NCBI GenBank assembly: GCA_965235115.1
Contig: OZ249438.1
Span: 22,630,001 to 22,694,000, forward strand
Reading direction: 5' to 3'
Source: Laetmonice hystrix
Lineage: Eukaryota
DNA: 64,000 bases
Position 1 is the stretch's first letter. The number at the start of each line of letters is the position of its first letter. Shown piece after piece: positions 38,723-50,100 of the stretch. The position numbers and the translations under genes are program-made. The notes under the pieces were generated by a model. That model saw nothing but the letters and a program-made list of their open reading frames with translations. It had not been told where the DNA came from and searched no databases.

Positions 38723-39767
38723 CTGCAAGTGAAAACGTAATGGTCATCATTATAGTCAGTATGTGGTCCACATATATACATCTGAGCCGGACCTCACACC
38801 CGGCCATGTTACGTCGACAAACAGCTCAATTATCGTGTATTTTACCTTTAGTTAGAACACATGACAATTACACGTGTATCTATATACGATACATAGTAAT
38901 AACATGTTATAGGCGCCACTTTGACTTCAGAATGGTTACCTGTACATAGCCTGAATAGTCTGTACAGCTGTTTCACGAACGTACGGCCTATAGCTCATAG
39001 CCACCTTCTTATCAAAATCTACCAAATATAAATACCATCAATAAGTGAAGACAAGAACCATTATGACATATTGGCCGTAGATATAGGATGCATGTGTATA
39101 AACTTATAAGCCTATATTCAATCATGCACATACTATTAAGTACGGGTATAATAATTCCATTAAAATAACCTGCAAATCGATTTGAGACTAACAAAATGAC
39201 CCTTATTATATATTATATGGTGCATGAATAAGCTGAATGTAGCAGAAATATTCACGATATGTCAACTTATGCTGCAATAACGTAACCGTCAAGGTCTAAC
39301 CCGATGTCCATATATCATTCGCTGTGTGATGGGATATAGGCCTACAATTTCCAGGACTATACTAGTGTAGACGTATGATATCAAGGTACTTTCCATACTG
39401 TAATCACGCTCAGAGAATAACGACCGAAAGCACACGCTCCACATCCAGAATGGAGGCCGAGGATGAAAATGCTAGTGCCGTTACGAAGGCGGATCAAGTT
39501 ACATGGACGCTAGACGGCCGCTTTCGCTAGCCTCTCCCTCGTGATGTTGTTACTGGGCCGGCCGCCGGGGTGGGGTGAGTCGGGGCGGGCGGTGGACCGG
39601 GCACAGGCAGACACACACACCGATCAATAGACGTTCTACCCTCTCTCTCTCTATCCTGATGACTAGAGCTCAGTACGACCACGACGTCAACACCTTGTCT
39701 ATATCCACTCAACTCCAATATTAATACAAATACATCTGACCCAGATTACGACACGATGTGATTGCCA

Positions 39768-39821
39768 GCTCTGTGTGTCCGACCGGTTCTGTGTGTCCGA
39801 CCGGCTCTGTGTGTCCGACCG
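39768..39821. repeat. 18-bp tandem repeat, 3 copies
   Basis: g(c/t)tctgtgtgtccgaccg three times. Confidence 0.9.
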
Positions 39822-40004
39822 GGGGGCACGTATTGACGACATTAGGATAGGTTAACATCGACGTCAACACAACACTTCTAAAAATCACAATCTACAGGAT
39901 GGATGACGCGTGTCGTACTAGTCTTCTAAAACTGCGGAATTCTATCAATATCCTTGCTGAAGTGTTCCCTGTCCGATATTTTACCTTAGCTGTGCCAGTG
40001 TCGG

Positions 40005-40170
40005 CAACCTAGGCCTATAGGATGAGATCTTAATCACACAACCTAGGCCTATAGGATGAAATCTTAATCACACAACCTAGGCCTATAGGATGAAATCTTA
40101 ATCACACAACCTAGGCCTATAGGATGAAATCTTAATCACACAACCTAGGCCTATAGGATGAAATCTTAAT
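40005..40170. repeat. 34-bp minisatellite, 5 copies, left flank of the 334-bp array
   Basis: caacctaggcctataggatga(g/a)atcttaatcaca at 40005, 40039, 40073, 40107 and 40141. One further copy lies at 43473-43509. Confidence 0.95.
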
Positions 40171-43100
40171 GTTCGGTAGAAATCATGTGTAGCTCTAACT
40201 AGGAAAATATGGATTCCGTCTCATTTAAAAAAGATGTGTGTAGGGGGGAGGGTCCATTGTCCTGCTCGACCACCAAAGCTCCTTTTTTAGGGGAGTGGCG
40301 GTGGCCTAGTGGGCATGGATGTCGACACCTTATGCTATGCGAATGGGTGCAGTAATCTTAGGGCCTGGGTTCGATTCCTGTAGAGGACTATACAACTTTT
40401 CTCTTTAGGGACATTGTCAAAGTAATTGGGTTACCCCTGATGCCCGTGCATTTCAAAAGAAAAATACAGTCTACGCCAGTGCCAGGATTACCTTAACAGT
40501 CAATGTTCGGTAGAAATCATGTGTAGCTCTAACTAGGAAAATATGGATTCCGTCTCATTTAAAAAAGATGTGTGTAGGGGGGAGGGTCCATTGTCCTGCT
40601 CGACCACCAAAGCTCCTTTTTTAGGGGAGTGGCGGTGGCCTAGTGGGCATGGATGTCGACACCTTATGCTATGCGAATGGGTGCAGTAATCTTAGGGCCT
40701 GGGTTCGATTCCTGTAGAGGACTATACAACTTTTCTCTTTAGGGACATTGTCAAAGTAATTGGGTTACCCCTGATGCCCGTGCATTTCAAAAGAAAAATA
40801 CAGTCTACGCCAGTGCCAGGATTACCTTAACAGTCAATGTTCGGTAGAAATCATGTGTAGCTCTAACTAGGAAAATATGGATTCCGTCTCATTTAAAAAA
40901 GATGTGTGTAGGGGGGAGGGTCCATTGTCCTGCTCGACCACCAAAGCTCCTTTTTTAGGGGAGTGGCGGTGGCCTAGTGGGCATGGATGTCGACACCTTA
41001 TGCTATGCGAATGGGTGCAGTAATCTTAGGGCCTGGGTTCGATTCCTGTAGAGGACTATACAACTTTTCTCTTTAGGGACATTGTCAAAGTAATTGGGTT
41101 ACCCCTGATGCCCGTGCATTTCAAAAGAAAAATACAGTCTACGCCAGTGCCAGGATTACCTTAACAGTCAATGTTCGGTAGAAATCATGTGTAGCTCTAA
41201 CTAGGAAAATATGGATTCCGTCTCATTTAAAAAAGATGTGTGTAGGGGGGAGGGTCCATTGTCCTGCTCGACCACCAAAGCTCCTTTTTTAGGGGAGTGG
41301 CGGTGGCCTAGTGGGCATGGATGTCGACACCTTATGCTATGCGAATGGGTGCAGTAATCTTAGGGCCTGGGTTCGATTCCTGTAGAGGACTATACAACTT
41401 TTCTCTTTAGGGACATTGTCAAAGTAATTGGGTTACCCCTGATGCCCGTGCATTTCAAAAGAAAAATACAGTCTACGCCAGTGCCAGGATTACCTTAACA
41501 GTCAATGTTCGGTAGAAATCATGTGTAGCTCTAACTAGGAAAATATGGATTCCGTCTCATTTAAAAAAGATGTGTGTAGGGGGGAGGGTCCATTGTCCTG
41601 CTCGACCACCAAAGCTCCTTTTTTAGGGGAGTGGCGGTGGCCTAGTGGGCATGGATGTCGACACCTTATGCTATGCGAATGGGTGCAGTAATCTTAGGGC
41701 CTGGGTTCGATTCCTGTAGAGGACTATACAACTTTTCTCTTTAGGGACATTGTCAAAGTAATTGGGTTACCCCTGATGCCCGTGCATTTCAAAAGAAAAA
41801 TACAGTCTACGCCAGTGCCAGGATTACCTTAACAGTCAATGTTCGGTAGAAATCATGTGTAGCTCTAACTAGGAAAATATGGATTCCGTCTCATTTAAAA
41901 AAGATGTGTGTAGGGGGGAGGGTCCATTGTCCTGCTCGACCACCAAAGCTCCTTTTTTAGGGGAGTGGCGGTGGCCTAGTGGGCATGGATGTCGACACCT
42001 TATGCTATGCGAATGGGTGCAGTAATCTTAGGGCCTGGGTTCGATTCCTGTAGAGGACTATACAACTTTTCTCTTTAGGGACATTGTCAAAGTAATTGGG
42101 TTACCCCTGATGCCCGTGCATTTCAAAAGAAAAATACAGTCTACGCCAGTGCCAGGATTACCTTAACAGTCAATGTTCGGTAGAAATCATGTGTAGCTCT
42201 AACTAGGAAAATATGGATTCCGTCTCATTTAAAAAAGATGTGTGTAGGGGGGAGGGTCCATTGTCCTGCTCGACCACCAAAGCTCCTTTTTTAGGGGAGT
42301 GGCGGTGGCCTAGTGGGCATGGATGTCGACACCTTATGCTATGCGAATGGGTGCAGTAATCTTAGGGCCTGGGTTCGATTCCTGTAGAGGACTATACAAC
42401 TTTTCTCTTTAGGGACATTGTCAAAGTAATTGGGTTACCCCTGATGCCCGTGCATTTCAAAAGAAAAATACAGTCTACGCCAGTGCCAGGATTACCTTAA
42501 CAGTCAATGTTCGGTAGAAATCATGTGTAGCTCTAACTAGGAAAATATGGATTCCGTCTCATTTAAAAAAGATGTGTGTAGGGGGGAGGGTCCATTGTCC
42601 TGCTCGACCACCAAAGCTCCTTTTTTAGGGGAGTGGCGGTGGCCTAGTGGGCATGGATGTCGACACCTTATGCTATGCGAATGGGTGCAGTAATCTTAGG
42701 GCCTGGGTTCGATTCCTGTAGAGGACTATACAACTTTTCTCTTTAGGGACATTGTCAAAGTAATTGGGTTACCCCTGATGCCCGTGCATTTCAAAAGAAA
42801 AATACAGTCTACGCCAGTGCCAGGATTACCTTAACAGTCAATGTTCGGTAGAAATCATGTGTAGCTCTAACTAGGAAAATATGGATTCCGTCTCATTTAA
42901 AAAAGATGTGTGTAGGGGGGAGGGTCCATTGTCCTGCTCGACCACCAAAGCTCCTTTTTTAGGGGAGTGGCGGTGGCCTAGTGGGCATGGATGTCGACAC
43001 CTTATGCTATGCGAATGGGTGCAGTAATCTTAGGGCCTGGGTTCGATTCCTGTAGAGGACTATACAACTTTTCTCTTTAGGGACATTGTCAAAGTAATTG

Positions 43101-43473
43101 GGTTACCCCTGATGCCCGTGCATTTCAAAAGAAAAATACAGTCTACGCCAGTGCCAGGATTACCTTAACAGTCAATGTTCGGTAGAAATCATGTGTAGCT
43201 CTAACTAGGAAAATATGGATTCCGTCTCATTTAAAAAAGATGTGTGTAGGGGGGAGGGTCCATTGTCCTGCTCGACCACCAAAGCTCCTTTTTTAGGGGA
43301 GTGGCGGTGGCCTAGTGGGCATGGATGTCGACACCTTATGCTATGCGAATGGGTGCAGTAATCTTAGGGCCTGGGTTCGATTCCTGTAGAGGACTATACA
43401 ACTTTTCTCTTTAGGGACATTGTCAAAGTAATTGGGTTACCCCTGATGCCCGTGCATTTCAAAAGAAAAATAC
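40168..43473 (+). repeat. 334-bp tandem array (9.9 apparently identical units) containing a tRNA-derived/SINE-like head
   Basis: caatgttcggtag recurs at 40501, 40835, 41169, 41503, 41837, 42171, 42505, 42839 and 43173, an exact 334-bp period. I found no differences between units by eye. Confidence 0.97.
40295..40400 (+). ncRNA. tRNA-like Pol III module, first of 10 copies (others start at 40629, 40963, 41297, 41631, 41965, 42299, 42633, 42967, 43301)
   Basis: A box TGGCCTAGTGG (40302-40312), B box GGTTCGATTCC (40368-40378), TTTT at 40397-40400, and T6 just upstream. The acceptor stem does not pair, so it is SINE-head-like rather than a true tRNA. Transcription is not shown. Confidence 0.55.
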
Positions 43474-43509
43474 AACCTAGGCCTATAGGATGAGATCTTA
43501 ATCACACAA
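43473..43509. repeat. Single copy of the 34-bp unit, right flank of the 334-bp array
   Basis: caacctaggcctataggatgagatcttaatcacacaa, identical to the first left-flank copy (G variant). Confidence 0.93.
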
Positions 43510-44039
43510 GGAACATGATGCTTTGCAGCGGGTTAATAATGGCGCTACAATTACCAATAGTAATTTTCCGGTCGTACACAAGGATGAGATTATTCTGGGT
43601 GTGCATGCACTGTGTGTATATGGGGGGGGGCAGAGTGGAGGCCTATCATAATACCTAGGCTGTAAGTGCAAATAAAAGTACTGCCGCTAAAACTTTTCTT
43701 TCACATGAAATTCTCTCAAATGTTACCATCATATGCCTAATTTGGAGATTGGCAAATTGAATTATACTAAAAATGATTTTTAATTTGGTGATTTAAATTT
43801 TTCTCAATCTATCTACTGGTAATGAAGAAGAAAGAGAAACTCGGCGGTAATGATGACTGATGTCTGAGTGTTTGTGCGCAGTCTTGTGAACACAATGTGT
43901 GGTAAGTTTTCACTCTGATCATGTTTACTGTGCTACATTAGTCACATTGTTATCAATGTTGATATAACGTAAACGGTGTCTCATCGGGGCGAACACTGAC
44001 TCGTCATTACCCTGGCTACGTGTGAAATGGAATGGGTGA

Positions 44040-44177
44040 GGGGGGCGAGGAGGAGGGGAGGAGGGGAGGAGGAGGAAGGGAGGAGGGGAGGGGAGGAGGG
44101 GAGGAGGAGGACAAGGAGGGGAGGAGGAGGGGAGGAGGACAAGGAGGGGAGGAGGACGGGGACGAGGAGGAGGGGAG
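44040..44177. repeat. Purine-rich (GGA/GGGGA)n low-complexity tract
   Basis: About 140 bp made almost entirely of G and A. Confidence 0.85.
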
Positions 44178-44336
44178 AGTACCAGCATTTTGATCACTGA
44201 CAAGAATCAAGCCCGCGTCAGTAATGTATTGCTTGAAGGCGAAGGTCATTTCATTGATCACACTTGAATTAATTCGCCCATCGTCTGGCGGCATTTGGCT
44301 TTTACTCCCTCAGGGACTAATCACCACTAATCTCAA

Positions 44337-44410
44337 GGAATCGAACCATTCCTGCGTCACTCCACCCCCGTGGTGCCAAGCGTCGACCACAAGATAAACC
44401 TGGCTGCCAA
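44337..44410 (-). mobile_element. Possible degenerate tRNA-derived SINE head
   Basis: Minus strand has a perfect B box GGTTCGATTCC (44347-44337), preceded by GTCGAC and GGGTGGAGT blocks resembling the 334-bp unit. The A box is not recognisable. Confidence 0.3.
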
Positions 44411-46210
44411 ACCTGCCCCCGACCCTAACCCCCTGCACCACTCAGATCAAAGACTGGGACATGATCATCGAGTTGTCATTCTCGGTAATAACAGCGTCCC
44501 GACATGGAGCATAATACAATTACAATTACATCTTCATTAGATCTTAACTCTGCCGCTGACCCATGGGGTTGGGCTTGTCGCTGGAGGACCCCATCACGAC
44601 AACCACCTCATTCATGGAGCAATGATTCGGCACACATTTATCTAAACGCCTGATCGGACGTCGTCCTGTCTAGTAATCAGCGGGACTGCGGTGATCGGGA
44701 CTGGTTTGGGCTGACACAGATTTGTCACCGATAAAACGACTCATATAACCGTGGTCAGGTCGTCCCCCCAGCCCCACCCTCCCTACTCATTATCTCATCA
44801 AGGGGCTAATGTGATTTCCACTGAGATGCTAACATTTAGGCGGGTTTCCAGACAGGAAGCTTATTAAACGATGATCTTTAGTCGAATCCATGTATTGTTC
44901 ATTTAGGCGTTGGGTTTCCGGCGGACGGTGCACGCGAGCGGGGTGCGTGCTGCGCGGGCCGGCGGCGTGCGTGTACCGACCGCCGCCGGCCACCGACCGC
45001 CACAGCCTCATTTGTTGCCGGGGTCGGGATCACGGCAGCCACGACGCAGGCTTATTAGCAAATACAGAGAAATGACGTGGGGATATAATTACAAAAAGAC
45101 GCCGGCTATTGTTAATTGTAATGATTTTGTAATAATCCACCCGCGCCCTTTGCGAGTCTGGTTGTAGCCCGTAATGATTTGATTAGGAAAAACAAGCACG
45201 TTTGAGGGTCGGTGTGAGGCCGGGCCGAGCCTGATGGAGCGTGGCTGGGTGACGGCAGGGAGGGCTCGGGATGCGGCGGGATGCCAGCGGCAGCGGGCCG
45301 GGCCGGGCGGCCACCCTCACCCCGGCCTGCTGCCAGCACTCTCTCCGGTATACGGGCAGGTACCGGGCGGACTGCCTGGCTGGCTGCCCCGCTTTCTGCC
45401 TCTTGGCTTGGGCCTTGGCACACGTGCTACCCCCCAAGTCAATTCGCCTGAACCAGATGCATATTTAAACACTTTCTGACCCACATATAGGATGCTGTTT
45501 GTTAGTATACAAATACAAGCAGTCTGATATAGATCGGGCGACACCAGTCGTTTACTGTATACGTAGAGTTTATAATGTATAGATAGTGACAGTCAGCGGC
45601 AATAATTCACCATGTCAGGTGTGTCGGATTCACGAGAGGGTGGTCCGTATAGAGCTGTATAGAGAACACTGCCGCCTGCAGCTTGTGATCATGGCCTGCT
45701 TGACGTGGAGAAGACCAGGTTAAAACAATGTCACCCTGACACAGACAACAACAGTGATTATTGGAGGAGGTGCTCGCCGACAGCAGCTGAATCATTCACT
45801 CTGCTCTACGTACACATCCTCCCTCTGCCCATCTCGCTCTCCAAACCTACCTTCGTGTTTGCTTACAATATTTGATCAAAATTCGGTACACGCTGGGGGG
45901 CGACTTGACACACATTTACCGTATCAACAGCGCGGCGGCTGGCTAAAGCTAAGCTGACGTATTGCCAGCACCTTAGAACACCGTTCTGCACAGGTAGTCT
46001 ATTAATAATTCCTGTCATGTGAATCACGCTTGGCTAACAAGAGCTATTATCACCCTCCCGTACACCCCCCCCCCACACACACACACACTTTTTACCCTGG
46101 CATCCATAGGACAGTTGTCTCTTTGCCCTCACGACTCTGCCATACGATGCATGATTTCTAAGATTTTCTCAGGTATTAGGAAGTAAATGAAATAAATGAC
46201 ATTGTACTTA

Positions 46211-46978
<768 letters not shown>

Positions 46979-47009
46979 TTATTTTTAAGCGACATTAACA
47001 GAGCGGACC

Positions 47010-47120
47010 TGCGAGCTGATTGGTCGAGCGCCGCGACCCCGTGCACATATCGATATTCATACAATGCGCTACGAAATTATTTTCCATGGCAACGCTGTCA
47101 ATCATGTAACCCAATAGGAG
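47010..47120 (-). promoter_or_regulatory. Candidate Six1/2 proximal promoter (two CCAAT boxes, PBX/MEIS-PREP decamer, RFX X-box-like site)
   Basis: GACCAATCAGC on the minus strand at about 47025-47015, TTTTCCATGGCAAC 47080-47093, TGATTGACAG on the minus strand 47104-47095, and CCAAT 47111-47115, all 180-280 bp upstream of the first ATG. Confidence 0.5.
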
Positions 47121-50100
47121 CGGAGGTGTCCCCCGGCTCGCCGACACCAAAACACATGGACTAGCACGCGGCGTGGGGGAGCACCATTGCATGTCGGTCC
47201 ATGCTGACTTGCCTGCTATAGTCGGAGACAGCCAATGCTCATTTGACGAGTGGGGGTTTGTGTGTGCGCAGTTAGAAGAAGCCAGAGAACGGAGTAGCCA
47301 GTGCGACGAGAAAGCGTGTCCTACTCTTGACTGCACAAGAGGAACACATCAACTGCGCCGAGCGACCACACAAGTCAGAAGCGTGAAATTACACATGTGC
47401 GCATGCTCGTAGCGCCGATGCAAGATGTCGGCCTGTGTACGTCCTGTGGTGGCGTCCATCAGCCCCGTGGGTAGTCAGGGGGGGATTCCCCCGCCCCTCG
47501 CCTGCCTGAACTTTTCACGGCCCTACCCCAACCCTTTGTCTTGTCCTTCCGGAGATGACTATCCGAAAACACCCCCATTACGTACTGAGAGGCCTATGGG
47601 GCGGAGGAAACTTTATGGCAGGGGAATTTGCCTCCCCATTGGAAATCAAGAGATTGGGTCTAAGATAAGAATCGCCGACGGCCAATGGGCAAATGGGTTG
47701 ACATGTTTGTAAAGATAATATTTGACAGGTTCGGAATTAGAGGAATGCTTTTTTACTTTTGACAGGGGTAATATTGACAAAACAGCTGTTTGTGGGAGTC
47801 TGCACCAATGTAGAGAGGCAGCTAGTCATCCGTCAAGCTCGGGTATCGGCCGGAGCACGGGAGGGCAGGAGGAGGAAACTTTATCCGCCTCCCGGCGCGT
47901 TCCTCGCCAGCCCTCCTGCTCTATCGCCCCAGCAGAGCCGGCGTCCAAGCCAGGGCCGGGTCGGGTTTCATTCCCCTATGCCCGATCTGTTGATTGTTTT
48001 TGCTCAGCCTCTACTGCTCTCGTTGCTGCCTTGGCGTTTGACCAGGGAGTGGCAGAGTATGCGCGCCATCGCAGGCGTCCCAGCCAGGATGAGGCTTCTC
48101 CGATGGCTACCATCACGGCGGGCGGTATATCAGGTTACTGGTCGCCATTCACCGCCTGCAAACCCTCAGACAAAGCACTGGTGCGAAAATTGTGCTTTTC
48201 AAGCCAATTATTTCCACGCTCCAGTGCCAGACAGCTACGACAGTAATCTGGCATCGTAAGCCTATCCGGACCTATCTGGGCAACGAGTACATCTTGTCCA
48301 GAAACGGACAAGCGCGACTTTTTGTTCCTGTCAAGGTTAGGTCGGAGGTCTTTGAGTTAGAACGTGCGCTGACAGTCGTGCTAGACGACAACCAGTGGAG
48401 ACAAGATTCTTGCGTCCTATCGCTAGCAATTCTCCTAACCACCTGCAAAAACAAAAGCGTGCAAGACATAAGCCATATGGCCTGCCTAATTACGCTATCG
48501 CCATCCGACAAGAGAAACGGGAACTTGTGCCATAAACTGTAGACCTTCTAACCCTTGTCACACTTCTGAGGCCGGCCTTGACTTTTATATCTCACTGCTT
48601 AGAGACTGTTATTAACAGTTAGTCATCTGTGCTGTGGAAATACATAGTGCAGGCTGGCTCAGTGAGTGAATGGCGTATTGTACTTGGATTGCCTTTTCCC
48701 TCAGTGGAGGTCAGTTGCTGGGCTGGCATAGACTCTCAGCCTGTTACGTTGGTTCTACTAGTCGGTTCGGTGAATCTGGGGTTTATTTATTTGTGAAATA
48801 GAAATTCACACGGTTCCGACGGCAAATCGTTGATACCCCCAAATTTTATCGTCTCCATGGTAACCTAATGCAGGTTGCACAGAGGGCCATGTTTAGGGTA
48901 AACAACATAAGGGGTGCTTGGGGTAGGGTTGAAAGTGGTTGCTGGATAGGGGGTTGACGACCCAAACCTATGATTTCACCAAGTCACTCATATACCATCA
49001 GTGCAGGCAGCACGACCAAGCCATATCACCCATCAAACAACATTGTGAGGACCTCCGCGACCCCCTCAAAAACATCTGCGCCAACTGGTCGTGCCCCATA
49101 AAGACCGCCAAGAGTTCTGAACAGATCACCAACAACCAGTACCGACCGAGTACAGTAGATGTGTCGACGGATTCGTCCATCTCGTCCATCACTGCCTTAC
49201 ATCAAACTTTCTCCTTCATCTCTTTCTTTTAAAGGTTCAGGAGTCGTGATGGGGACCCTTACAGAGCTATGCCCATTGTCAATATTGTGAAAACGTTCGC
49301 CTCATAGAGTATAGGACATATACATGTGGCAAATGTTAATGCCAGGCTGGGTGGACTGACGTTTGCAGGTCCTGGTATTCTCTGTGTGACCCACATTTTG
49401 TCGGTTTCTCAACTTCCTTGACATGTAACATGGTCTGAGACTCGGATACAGTGACATGATGCCCCACTGACATTCTCCTGACATATATACAAATGTCCCA
49501 TTGCTCCTACAATTATTGATAGTGCAAATGTTATCTTTGCTCTAATGTTGTATACAATAAAAAAATTAAAGAAGGCTAGAAATGTGGCAGACAAGACGGA
49601 AATGTTTGACAACCCACGCTAAATCCAAGAAATATATTTTATTTGGAGTTTCCAACAGGGGTAATAATGTTCATATTTATGATCACGATGAGCAGTAAAT
49701 CGATCTGCCTGTATGCTCGTACTTCCAGTAGTGTCGCATTAGTCGCCAGGCTCTGATTTACTGTTACAAAGTTTTGTTTGGGAAGGTGTTAAAGGATCGT
49801 TTTTCTCAAAGAACCATTCAACATGAACTGATAGGATCTTTAAAACCAGGTGTTCCAAGGGTGTGACAGTGGGTTACATAACGTGTAGGGTGTGGAGAGC
49901 ATCTGTTACATCAGGCTGACATCATGACCTTAATCTACTGTTACAACCTCAGATACCCGACTCCCTACAATTAACCCCTTCAGGCGGCCGTTTGAAGGCA
50001 CTCTCAACTACAATGTCTTCATTAATAATGAAGACAAAGTCGATGATATTTCTTCACCCTCACATGTACTTATTAGACTTAGGGAGTTTCCAGCAACTCT

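Noticed and set aside
38723-38781. ORF-track ATG start at 38781 for the 134-aa ORF
   Set aside because: It lies in the intron upstream of the acceptor; the ORF is exon 2 of Six1/2.
40200-40350. HDV-like ribozyme in the 334-bp unit (TGGGCA at 40310, GCGAATGGG at 40339, ACTAGG/CCTAGT as a possible P1)
   Set aside because: I could not place a contiguous P2-P3-L3-P3-P1 segment with a pyrimidine-rich L3, so the nested double pseudoknot fails by eye. An RNArobo scan would settle it.
40295-40400. Functional (intron-containing) tRNA gene in the 334-bp unit
   Set aside because: Acceptor stem GTGGCGG/AGAGGAC pairs at only two positions, the T-stem is imperfect and there is no clear anticodon arm. Retained only as a tRNA-derived head.
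40420-40490. Hammerhead ribozyme (retrozyme/Sm-alpha-like) in the 334-bp unit, suggested by unit size and CTGATG...GAAA...GTC
   Set aside because: The core is CTGATGC (A9 missing), stems I, II and III do not pair, and there is no CTGANGA on the minus strand.
1-43509. CRISPR-like arrays
   Set aside because: The repeats are contiguous with no unique spacers, there are no cas genes, and the context is eukaryotic.
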